From the NCBI GenBank assembly GCA_964035545.1, contig OZ037772.1:8673150-8737149 (forward strand): a DNA stretch of 64,000 bases, written 5' to 3'. The translations under genes were made by a program, and so were the position numbers. How positions within the stretch are numbered: the stretch's first letter is position 1; every line of letters starts with the position of its first letter. Shown here in pieces: positions 12,701-23,718 of this stretch. The notes beneath the pieces were generated by a model. It had not been told where the DNA came from and did no database searches. It saw nothing but the letters and a program-made list of their open reading frames with translations. The stretch comes from Bugula neritina. Taxonomy: Eukaryota > Animalia > Bryozoa.

Positions 12701-15700
12701 GTTATTAATCTACAATGAAAAATTCTAACTGAAGTTCAGCATAGACATGACTTTATGTATTCTCACAGAAACATAATTGGTTTCATGTTTACTTTCGACG
12801 AAAAGTCTACAAAATGGAATATTTTTGTAGATGGCTCAAACAGATGTGTATATGTTGGCTCAGATTTGGAGTTCACTTTATCGGAGTTGTCTCCCAACCA
12901 AACCGTTACATTTAGACTGAGAGCCTGTGTAACTGGTGATGAGTCACCATACAGTGAGTCTGCATCAGCTACTACTGAAGAAGATGTTCCTCAGCAACCT
13001 TCAAACCTAAGGCTATTAGGAAGAACTGCGACTATCCTAAAGATAGGCTGGGATCCTCCTGAGGATTGCTGTGGGGTTATCAAGGCGTATCATATATATT
13101 TAGGTAATAATATTTTTAGTTTAAATTAACTTCAAGAACTTTAATCTTTCTGGCCAGAAACTGTGACTAAAGTGCATGTCTTGCTACTTGTAAATGTGTA
13201 GGCATACTTGTCTAACTTATCTGAAGAATTCCCATGTTCCATTTTGAACATTTCTAACCAACATAAACTGTAAGGCAAGTAGTTTTATTTTCAATTCTAA
13301 ATTTAAATAAAATTTAAAAATTATTTTAACGTAAAAGTTAAAAATTCATATTTTAAAATTTAATAATGTTTAATTTTAAATGTATAAGTTTTAGAATGTT
13401 TTTGTTTCATTTTGTACTACTTGCCAAAATCTGAGTGAAAGTTTGATGATGGTATGGAACTGTGGTGATAGTTACTACTAGTATTACTATTTACTACTAG
13501 TACTACTATTTACTACTAGTACTACTATTTACTACTAGTACTACTATCTACTACTAGTACTACTATTTACTACTAGTACTACTATTTACTACTAGTACTA
13601 CTATTTACTACTAGTACTACTATTTACTACTAGTACTACTATTTACTACTTAGTAGCACATGTATTCAAATTATCTCTATTCCAGATAATACTCATGTGG
13701 ACCAAACCACGGAGTTGTCTTATATTATTTCTGGCCTCAAAGAGCAGACGACTTACAATGTTGGTATATGTGCTGCAACATGTAAAGGCAAAGGTCCTAA
13801 GGCTAACATAGACTGTGTTACTGCTGATTTAGGTATCCAAAAATTTAATTAAAAAGTTTAGTAAAATATAAAAAAACTTTAAATTTCTTTTAATTTGCAG
13901 CAAACTTTCACAAGGCATTAGCATATAAAATTATATAAATATATGATATTTTGTATATTGGGTTTTGTAAACTTGCCTTAGCCCATGTGAAAGTAATTGA
14001 AAAGCATTTGAACTCTATACTAATGTATAAAATTCTAGTTGATGTATTTAATTGACAATACTTTACTATTGGAATAACTTCTAGTAAACCGGGTCTTTCC
14101 CAAAAGTCTGTGTCACCAAGTCATATAAGTTGCTACATGTAGCTTAAAGTGATACTTTGTTGTCATGTTGCTAGGCGACCACTGCCCTAGTAAGCCCTCG
14201 CTAAGCATTATGGGTAGAAGTGAGATTAATGTCACATGGAATCCTCCTCAAGTCCCACTGGGGCGGATAACTCGGTATGACGTCTCAAGTAACGGCAAAG
14301 TCTTCTACTCGGGCACTGATCTCCACTGCACTGCTCGACATCTTCAGCCAAATACCGAATACACTTTTGTGGTGAGCAGAAAATATGTATCTGTGATGCT
14401 TTTTTATTTATAATGTTTATTTTATTGAAGAATTAATGCAGTCTAACCCACTATTTGAAACTGGGTCAAATAAAATAAGCAGTTATTGTACAAAGTTACA
14501 GTTTGATCTTATTTTTTGATATGTATACGTTAAGCTTACTCTTTGGTATGTGAGTTAAACTTTTTTTGTTGAGCATGTATTCAGTTTTAATTTTCCATAA
14601 AAGAACGTTGTGTTACCAACTCTGCATTATCTAGAAATGCAGAAGATTCACTGTCACCTCAGACTTTGTGTTTTATAGGTCACAGTCATTACTAATGAAG
14701 GTCCCTTAGATAGCAAGCCAGCCAAAAAGAGAACTGCCAAAGATGAATGTAAGTGTTGTTTGTTGAAATATTAAATTAACCAGCTAGCTGTCTCTACGCC
14801 TCATTGAGCTCTAGTCTCTACTATATGGTAATCATTACATTTTGTAAGCCTATGGCCACACGGTGCGTATTTTCGCATGCGAAAATTGAAATCACAAGTA
14901 GCAAAGGTGTCCACTGTATGCGTTGAGAAAACATTCGCACTTGTCGCTCAGCATTCTCAACGCAAGTGCGAATCGTCTCTGTCGTCGTCACCTAATTGGC
15001 TGATAGTTATTTTAGTGCTACATTCCAGGAAATTGCGTTTTATTGAAAGCAAGTGCGATTTAAAAATGAAAGCTTTATTTATCACGCATCACTGACGCTA
15101 CAGTGGACACCTTTGCTAGTTGTGATTTCAATTTTCGCATGCGAAAATACGCACCGTGTGGCCCTAGGCTAACTATACTATACTGTGATTCGATATGTAT
15201 GATAGTTTATTATTACTTTTATTACTAGATCTGGGTATTTTTGTAAAGTAATTAGTAGAACTTTTGGAAAGTTGTAGTTGTATTATCTATGACCAAGTTG
15301 AGTAATTAAGGGATCAACTTTGCATTGAGCTCTACCACCTCACTCATGTGGTAGTGATATAAAGTGTCAGTACAGCAGAGATAATTCATTCTTGTAACAC
15401 TTCTGCTGCAGTTGTGCCAAAGAAAAACTCCCACATGTTTAGAGTTACCATCCCTGTGAGAAAACGCTGATGGAAGAGATTTTTAAATCAGGCTATGGGC
15501 TTATTAAGATGAGACACAGGAGCAATTATGACTGGATGCTCTTCCTAACATCACCAATGGCCTTTACTGGGGTTCGAACCCATGACTTTGGGTTTACTAG
15601 ACCAAACTCTCTAACCTCTAGACCACGGCTGCTTTATTTCCTATTTATAGTTGAATAATATTTGATTCAGACGACTGTCAGAGACTCCCGCTCTACGTTC

Positions 15701-17291
15701 CTCCTCAGAAGAAGGACGACAGCAGAAATGACCTTGACACGGCCCCGCAGAGTTCATACAAAAAGAGGAGGAAAAAGTTACCTTTGAACAGCCGGGATAA
15801 GCCCGCCTCTAACACTAAGCTGAGAGTCACCAAGGTAGGTGATGGAGCTGAAAACTTCTGTGTTTCTAAACTGAAATGTATCTAAACTATTAACGTAGCT
15901 GGAAGCATTGGTTACAGTATTAATGAGTAAATATATCAAATCGAAAGTATATCTTTAAATGCTACAATGTTTCACATGTATCACAGATTAATATAATAGT
16001 CTTGTATGGTGTCATTGAGAGTTATAGTAATATTTCACTAGTCATGTTATTCTATTGTAGAAACTCTCTCTCACTAATGACCTGGTCACTGATGCTTCCA
16101 AACTTGTTGGATCAGGTTAGGATAACTTCTGTGTGTTGCATACTTGAGATTAAGCATTTTCAGTATATTATTTATTGCCGCAGTTCAAATGTTTAAGTTC
16201 TGAGTTTCAGGTTTGAAATAAAATTGATGAGTTTTCTTTTTTCTCCTAATGGTGAGGCCTGAGATTTAGAGTTTATGTTGTAATATTGTTGCAGGTTCCC
16301 CAACCGTCCCGACCTCTGACAGTTCTCTTTCTTCTGAATCCCAGTCTACTGTCAACCAGCTCTCATCTACTGACTATCAGTCAACTAGACTTAGGACCAG
16401 CTCTCTCAACTCCTCAACTCCTTTTAATACCAAACCTCCATCTCATATCAAGACTTTCTGCGGGACCTCTACTAAACCTGCCAAAGAATCTTTCTACTAT
16501 CCGCACAGCTCTGATGAATGCATATTCAAGACCTCCAGCAATAAAGAGTTGATAGCAGCGTTTCTTACCAATCAGTCCGTCAACTCCGTTTCTAGTCGTA
16601 ACAATCCTCTCCGCCACAACCGTAGCTCTGTACCCGATGAGTCAGACAAGCTGACCCGCACGCTGTCTAATCTGAGCATGGTGAACATTGAACCTGCGCT
16701 GCCGGCCAGTCTGCAGCAGCACCGGTCATCTACGTTCGTCGCTCAGAGAAGGGCTGGCATCAACTCATTAAGGAATCAGTATACTACAGTCAGTAAACCT
16801 GCCTTCTCTCTGGAAATCATTCTAGTTGCAATTTGTATTAGCTTTATTTAACACTGTACTGTTTTAGTTAGTTTGAGAAATACTAGATTCTGTGCTCTTT
16901 CCTTAATGAAGCTAATACGATCTCATATACATTATATGCCTATAACCTACTGCCATTATGAAAATCGTGAATGGATTTTAAATTAAAACCCTGACTCTAG
17001 CTAGCCATTGATTTTTGGATATATTAATCTTTCAGTTAAATGATTTTAATTACAAATAAAGAAAATAACATGTGACAATGGTTGCTAAGGCAATAGATGC
17101 TGCATGGGCCCACATGTTATTTTCTTTATATTTCAGCATTTTAAAGTTATCAATGTTTATTGTTTCAGGTGACTCATGGCAATGGCGCCTCCTTCACCAT
17201 GGAGCTTCCTTCTGGTAGAATCTCTCAACAATCTTCTCAATCCGGACCTTTCTCCACTGGCAATTTGCCAGCCAGCAGTGTCAAGCCGTGA
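785..17291 (+). CDS. Armadillo-repeat + fibronectin type III (x3) protein with Ser-rich C-terminus; 5' end lies outside the window (~840 aa visible)
   Basis: Hand-spliced exons, all GT-AG and frame-consistent: 785-1005, 1627-1843, 1937-2044, 2520-2703, 3057-3180, 3380-3524, 12831-13103, 13686-13832, 14175-14371, 14679-14748, 15671-15834, 16061-16115, 16295-16788, 17169-17291 (TGA). ARM-like helices: VAGNAAYIIGTIAES, VMNAAGTIGTLAES, ASNAALVLARL, GMNAAFAIGRL, SKNACFAISCLAS. FN3 motifs: PSPP..SVHVTW, LSPNQTVTFRLRA, GLKEQTTYNVGICA, LQPNTEYTFVV. Basic KKRRKK motif in the tail. Confidence 0.85.
2338..2495. repeat. Degenerate ~22-bp minisatellite
   Basis: gataatgagtcaccatgacttt-like units. Confidence 0.6.
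3525..3830. repeat. Degenerate purine-rich minisatellite at the 5' end of the large intron
   Basis: Recurring (g)ggtgagtag..gcaggtgtcag units directly after the donor at 3525. Confidence 0.65.
5380..5960 (+). mobile_element. Probable degenerate hAT (ZMYM1-like) transposase fragments
   Basis: ORF 5664-5909 has Y..IATVMKISLTV..TSSS..KMKIRVRSV..RL, resembling the hAT C-terminal dimerisation motif (L+I.LT.P.TSAS.ERSFS.LK.IK..LRS.M...RL). Upstream YFGQHQAWTK resembles the TTF-type zinc finger region. Heavily decayed. Confidence 0.4.
8442..10445 (-). mobile_element. Internally deleted P-element superfamily (THAP9-like) transposase gene relic in the ARM-FN3 intron
   Basis: Minus-strand pieces: THAP N-terminus QCCAYSCRN..KKISFH ending at a GT donor (~10445-10373); CITGLVCAIDTVFGLVEKLL..LDYLLMYKFSQDHLELWY (~9321-9170); GGWNNNASVTGFQSIFRKLV..NSGNS (from 8738); after a frameshift, ENHHFSLLNLLIEVYYDLFQHH..RQCSNKSVLFRGQ* (ends 8442). 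These match the P-transposase motifs YKFSQDHLE, GGxNNNP and C-terminal LFxGQ. TIRs not identified. Confidence 0.85.
9452..10280. repeat. (AGT)n microsatellite with AGGCT/AGC interruptions
   Basis: Directly visible. Confidence 0.95.
13473..13650. repeat. 19-bp minisatellite (tactactatttactactag)n
   Basis: Directly visible; marks the left edge of duplication unit 1. Confidence 0.9.
14848..15169. mobile_element. PIF/Harbinger (Tourist-like) MITE
   Basis: ~70-bp TIRs gccta(t/g)ggccacacggtgcgtattttcgcatgcgaaaattgaaatcac; TAA target-site duplication (14845-14847 / 15170-15172). The matching site in duplication unit 2 is empty (~26745, tgTAAct). Confidence 0.9.
15445..15632 (-). mobile_element. 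tRNA-derived SINE (family 1)
   Basis: Minus-strand head gcagccgtggtctagaggttagag (A box) ... gggttcgaacccc (B box); body tgatgttaggaagagcatccagtcataattgctcctgtg. Confidence 0.8.
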
Positions 17292-17411
17292 CACATCCTA
17301 TTCTCGAGTGAGTGACAAGAATGAACAGGTTGTTGTAGTGTCAAGATTTCCCCAAGGAAATTGAAAACTGAAGCGCTCAAAGATTATTTATTTTTGGTCT
17401 AGATTTTAGAG

Positions 17412-17630
17412 CAGGGGTGGGCAACTGGGAGGCCCCAGGGCCACCTATGACCTTTTGCCTGTTTTTAGTGGGTCTTTTAATGCTTAAGATAAGTAAAATC
17501 TGTTATATGCATTGGTTTGATGACAAATTACTTAATTATAATAAAATTTAATATCTGTACAATCATGTAGCCATTCATTTTGGCTGACTTCTGAACTTGG
17601 CCCATATGTGAAAGAAGTTGTCCACCCCTG
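17412..17630. mobile_element. hAT (Charlie-like) MITE
   Basis: TIRs caggggtgggcaact ... agttgtccacccctg; degenerate 8-bp TSD ttttagag / ctctagag. Confidence 0.8.
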
Positions 17631-18273
17631 CTCTAGAGTTTTCTTTGTCAATGTTACTGTAGCTGATGATGGCTACTTGGTGAACAGAATTGTCTTCTTT
17701 TGATAAAATTATTTGTATTGTAGAATCGGCATTTGTCAAAGATATGAAACAACATTGCTCAATACAGGATACTTAGAACTTCGTTAAAGGAATGGAAGCC
17801 TACACTATATCTTTAATGATTCAAACTCTACCAGTTGTTGCTATCTCAATCTATAAAATATATTGGATGTTTTAGCATTGATATTGTCATGTTGTTAGTT
17901 AATATCAACTTAAAATAAATTATCCTATTTCCATGCATATATGTAAATAACCTTGCCATTTAATGGAGTAAAATAGAGATATATGTGTTAGTAATTTTCT
18001 GTTGAATATAAGAGCAATTTTGTAAAAATAGGACTTTAACAAAGCTTAATAAAACAGCAATGTATGACTAGAGAATAGTGGCTGTGGCTATTTGTTTATG
18101 GCTGGCAAATAAAGAGCTTTTGAAAACATTTTAATCAATAATCTACTTAACTTCAATCAGTAAATTAATTTCTAAAGTGTTGGCAGCCAGTAAAAAATAA
18201 GACAGCAGTGGCTGCCAGAAAAGTTTGTCCCATTTTTGTCTATAGGCCGCATTAAAAATAATCAAAATTTAAT

Positions 18274-21200
18274 TTAGCTACAAGAAGGTAAAACATCAAT
18301 AAACACCTGTTTACTGTCTCTATTCACAGAGTAACACAAGTTAAAGTATTGTTTCGATTGAAACTTCTCTCTCATTACTCCAGCTACATCTGTTAGCAGA
18401 TCAACTAGTTCTACTCTCTGTACAGATGGAGAAGCACCTTCTAGTAGCAGCAATCTATGAAGATACTCGCTACACACCCATACGGGTGGCTCAGCGTCAT
18501 TTAGTATGTTGTCTATAGACACAGTAGGTTGATAGGGCCCACTGTTAGTAAGTTGAGAGAGGTAGTCGGAGAAATATTTAAAAAACTTTCCAGCTTTTGA
18601 TCTAAAAACATAAAAATAGTTACTTTAAAAAACTGCAGTTACAAAATAAATTTCCATTCAAGTTTAGAAAACTAACAAAGGATGCATGCTTGCAAAATCT
18701 ATAGGAGTGAGGTGTGGCATTCTAAATGCCCACCTGCTGACATGTGGCATAACCTCCTGCTGATTCATGTCATACTCACCTGCTGACATGTGGCAAACAT
18801 ACCGTGGTATACTCACCTGCTATCATGTACTACACCCACCTGCTGACATGTGCCACACCCACCTGCTATCAGGCAAAGTTGTGAAACAGACATAGCAGTC
18901 TGCTGGGAGGTCCAAAGGTTTGAATGTTGACCTTTTCCACTCTTCTTCTCTCTCTGTGTCAGGTAATACTTGCTCTGTTGGCTTGTAAAGAAGTTCTATC
19001 TCATTCTCTGGCCAAGGAAACTCATTGCTAGATTCAAAACTATGAGGAGCTCTGTTGTATATGGCTGAAATATCTCCTCTGCAGCAGGACAGGAATAGTA
19101 GCTGAAATGACCAACATGTGAGTGAAAGACGGAAGCACCAACTGAAAGGTACACAGTTTAACTCACGCAAATAGCTGTCATCCCTGCGAGAGACCGCTGA
19201 TAAAAAGGGGTTCTTTGTTAAATCAGGCTAATGTCTTATTCAGATGGGGCACAGGAGCAAGTATGACTATAGATGCTCTTCCTATAAACATCACCAATGA
19301 CCTTCAGTGGGGTTCGAACCCATGACTTTGTGCTCTAACCCCTATACCACAGTTGACTAGTATTTAAAAAATGCAATACAAAAACAGTACCTATACTTAA
19401 AGTCTTTATCCTCAAATTCGTTATAAAGCACAATCCAATTATTTGCACGAGCTGTATTAATTTTTAGTGTTTTATAATTATCTAAACGAAATATTGGTTC
19501 AATGATAAATTTGAGTAATTGACGATTACCTTTGGAATGGCTGTGACTTGACCTGAATTAAAGGTGTTGACCACTTCCTGTGTGGAGCATTTAGAAACTC
19601 CATCGTGTCCATAAATCATACCATCCTTGCCATGGGAAAAGACAACCAAGGCAGCTAGTGACTCATGCCCTTCTGATTTGGAGTACTGATATATAGAACT
19701 CAGCATTTCTTCTGCTGACAAATCTTGTTTCACTTCAACCTAGATTAATATTCAGAGATATGAGAAAAATGTAATATGCGCTTCTTGGAATGTCTTTTTA
19801 AACTTTGTTTTGTGATTATTATGTGTATACAAACTTTTATTAACCTATTTATAAGTTTTTATATCTCAAAATTCAAAAGTACAGAATATCTTAGCACATA
19901 TATAAAGGTAATACTCACAGAAAATCTCAAATGGTTAGTAAAAATCTTTTGAGCATGTGCAAGGGCTTCTTTTCGAAGCTGAGAGATCAGTTTCTCACCA
20001 TCAGTTGGATTATCAGACAGCCCTAAGTTGTTGCAGATGATTAAAGCTTTTCCTCTCTTTTCTTTGCTGGTATAAGAAGTTGCTACATCCTGTTCAATTG
20101 TTCCAGTTAGTTCTTTTTCAGCATCTCTATTAGCTTCATCATAAGCTGGATTCTGAACTACTCGACTGGATGGTTCAATTGCTACTAATCTATGAGTGTC
20201 TGTCAAGAACTTGGTGTCATCTGCTAAGAAATCATTTTCATCTCGGACAAATCTCTTGTTTAGAGTTGAGTTGACATCTATCTGTTGCACGTTGGGGTTA
20301 CAACTAAGTGCGACAATCAAATCGTGTATAGATTTGTAGCTCTTCATATCCGGCATTTGTCTTCTGAAATGTAGATTGACACAGATTTGTAATGTATATA
20401 TTTATATTCAACTGCATACTTAAGAGTAAAATGACCTAAATATTGCAGCAAAGCATTGCTATGTTATTTTTATATGTAAAGCTTTTTATGTAAAGCCTTA
20501 AGTTTCATTATTTCTATACTAATACGTACTACTATACGTTTCTCACCTATTCTCACCTACCCTGCTTTGTACTGTCCATGGGTAGCGGCAATCCTATACT
20601 ATTTTTATGTTGACATACTGTTGTAACATGTATTGCTACACCCTTTCTATTCTAAAATATTGCTGCTAAACATTGCTATGCTAAATTTTCTATGATAACA
20701 ACATTGCTATAACACATTGCTATATACTGTTTCTATATATATAATAACTAACACATTGCTATGCTATTTCTATGCCAAAACATTGCGGTAACACATGCTA
20801 TAATACCTTGTATAATCTCTGCTGTATTTTACAGAAAGTATCAAATAGTCAGGACCAGGGGGCATAAGGTCAAGTTCTTCATCAACAGCTGACATTTGTA
20901 TTACTGCTATCTAAAATACGACCAAACATTTTCTTTATATTGAAATTGAAGAATTAAGCTTTATTGTATCTGATCAGCAGTATAGTTACTAAATAAAACC
21001 AGCTTGTAGGTCTTACAATTATTAGATGTGACATGCATGCTATATGGACAACAAAATGCTTTATGAAAAGTTTCAGTGTATCAGATGCACTAATATTTCT
21101 CTTTGTGTAGGTTCCACTAAGTATAAATTCAAAATGCTTGTAAAATAGTAAAACATGCACAAATTATAGGAATTCTATTAAAAAATACAGTTCAAAAGCT

Positions 21201-23718
21201 TTTTATACAATTGTGAAAGATTTTAACTGCACATATCAGCATTTCAAAAGTTTTTTTGACAGTTGAATTCAACTTCCCTACCTTAGGCTTGCCACTGTAT
21301 CCAGGTACATCCATTTCATTAAGGGCAGTTTGTATGTTTGGCTGTTTGGGCTCACCAACCTTGTCAGTGTCTATGGCAACGAACATGCAATCATCTTCAA
21401 CTGGTGATGTCTAGCAGAAATAAATTATTAAAGCTGCATAAATCAATTTGATATATTACCTGCATGTATGTTAATTATAAAAACCATAAGAGAACAGAAA
21501 AAGAATATGACAACATTTTGCATTTCTACTACGAGATCTCGTATGTTTTTACCCAAATTGCAAATCTGAAGTGCAAGAACAATCTTCAAATTCAAACTTC
21601 TGTTTGGAGATTTAAATTTATAGTTGTATTATGCTAAATTATTGCAGATGTAGTATTAAAATATTAAAAGAAAATGAATTTCAAGATTTCACATTTAAGT
21701 TAGAGAGCAAAATCTTGAACTAAGTTATACTGATGCTGACAATAAAATGCTGAGAATAAAAAGATCTAGTGAATTTATTTTAAAGTTTGTGCAAAAAGGC
21801 GAAATATGGAATTTATATCTACCAAAGCTTTTGACACTTCAGTTTCGTTCACAGAAGAGATGACAGCCTGTTGAATAGCAACAGCTGAAGAGAATAAGGT
21901 GTCTGACGTCGTGTAGGCGAAGTCCAAAAGTGAGTATTCATTCAATGAGTACTTAAGTACTTTCAGGATAGTTTCATCGTATCTATATAGAGTTTCAGGA
22001 TGCTGCAGTTGATTCTGAAACTCTTTTGAATAAAAGAATATGATATCTCTATATGCTGAAAGTAGAGTCTTGTGTGTATTGTTGCAGAGAATTTTTTGCA
22101 TATAGAACTGTTCATGGAAACCTTTTCTCTTAATAATTGTTCTACAATCAACTAGTTGCACATTTTGTGAGTTTGCTATACTTTTTCTCCCTGATAAAGG
22201 AAGCTGCAATATGAAGTCAGCAAAAACTTTAGTGTCATATTTGGCAGCAACATAGTGAATTGGTGTGTTACCGTATACATCAGGGTATATCAGATTCTTA
22301 ACATCGGCGTAGTATAAATACTCTTGTAGCTCTGTATAGAGCTCATTGAGAGATGATGAAAGAGCTGCCAGATGTAAAATGTTTTGGCGATGCTTGTTAT
22401 GCTTTTGCATAAAGCTTCTGATTTTTTTGGCATCATAATTCTCCTCCATGTACAGTAGAACCTCTCTTAAAGCACTTGATCTTCCTAATTTGGTCAACAT
22501 CAGAATTGGTGTGTTTCCATCACTTACTTCAAGCAAAAATGTTTGTTCTAACAAGTCTGAATTTCCCACACCAAGAAGAATTTTAGCAATGGTAGCATTA
22601 TTTGCATAATGCAAAGGTATTTGAGCAAACACTATTTCTGCATCAATCTGAGGTAGTTTACAGAAATACTCTACCACATCACTTCTACCTAGATGTGATG
22701 CTAATAGCAATGGTGTTGTCCGAGTCTTATTAACAGAGATTATAAAATCCATTTGTCTTTCAGCTCGAACTGAATTCACAAGTAACTTTGCTATCTCCCC
22801 ATTAGCAACAAGATGTAGAGCTGTTTCACCAGACAAACCTTCCTTCAGAATCAGTTCATCGTCTGAATATAAACTACAGAGATACTGTACAACATCAGTT
22901 CTGCCAACAAAAGCAGCTCCATGTAGAACTGTCAGTTGATATGTATCTGCTGAATGTACATATTCCCTTTGTCTTTCTGGTGAAACTGCGTTCACAAGTA
23001 ACATGGCAACCTCTTTAGTTTTAGCAAAGAACAGAGCTGTTTTGTTATGGTTGTTCTTTTTTAGTACCAGCCACTCACTTGTTGAATGTAGACTACACAG
23101 ATACTCAACTACATCAGTTCTACCATTTTTGGCCGCTGTATGCAAAGCTGTGTTCTGCTCTACATCTCCAGATAGTACAAACTCTTCTTGATTTTCAAAT
23201 GCAACTGAATCTACTAGCAGTTTAGCTATTCTTTTATTCTTAGCATAATGTAAAGCTTTCCACCCATTGATATCTTGTTTTGCCATGAGCACATCATGGT
23301 ATGGACATAAACTACAGAGATATTCTACCACTTGATCTTTACCATCTTCAGCAGCTACGTGTAATGCAGTTCTCTGCTTAACATCAACTGCTAAGATGAA
23401 GTCTTCTTGTCTTGATGGTTGAACCGATTGGACAAGAACTTCCGCTATTTCTCGGTTTTCAGCATAGTGTAAAGTTGTCATACCTAATTTGTCTCGTTTG
23501 AGTATTAGTTCATCATCATTAGGATATAAACCACACAGATACTCGACCACGTCAGTTGTACCAAATATAGAGGCAGCGTGCAGCGCTGTACACTGGTCCG
23601 CGTCAACAGAAAATACAAAATCTCTTTGTTTCTCCTGTGGAACAGAGTTGACTAATGATTCCGCCATTGCTCGGTCTTCAGCATAAAGCAAGTCTGGCCA
23701 AATTCGTGAAACATCCAT
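18274..23718 (-). CDS. Ankyrin-repeat / pseudo-caspase / caspase (peptidase C14) fusion protein, copy A (~1116 aa)
   Basis: Coding exons (minus): 23718(ATG)-21823, 21410-21282, 20910-20807, 20363-19919, 19739-19530, 19101-18863, 18601-18274; phases 0,0,2,0,0,2 all join in frame. About 14 ankyrin motifs (TALH/TPLH type). Caspase signatures: KRGKALIICN, LVVFSHG (catalytic His), PK|LLFLSCCRG (catalytic Cys), LPADCYVCFTTLP (small-subunit start), GKFF. Probable non-coding upstream exon ending at 24256. Confidence 0.88.
18728..18870. repeat. ~23-bp minisatellite carrying splice-donor-like agcag|gtgrgt units
   Basis: 6 units in copy A; the equivalent array at ~30116-30370 has ~10 units. Confidence 0.85.
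19180..19352 (-). mobile_element. tRNA-derived SINE (family 1)
   Basis: Diverged copy: acaggagcaagtatgactatagatgctcttcc..catcaccaatgacc..ggggttcgaacccatgac. Confidence 0.7.

Noticed and set aside
13473-13650. CRISPR-like array (also 18728-18870, 45582-46042)
   Set aside because: Head-to-tail repeats without unique spacers, no cas genes, eukaryotic context.
12831-14748. Usherin, sidekick or receptor-phosphatase assignment for the FN3 exons
   Set aside because: The FN3 exons splice in frame to ARM repeats, and no TM segment, laminin or Ig domains are present.
14877-15095. Repeated 72-79-aa ORF (also 24705-24944) that looks like a small gene family
   Set aside because: Lies wholly within a non-autonomous MITE with TIRs and TSD.
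15470-15658. Identical 62-aa ORF at 15470 and 26822
   Set aside because: Antisense reading of a SINE copied by the segmental duplication.
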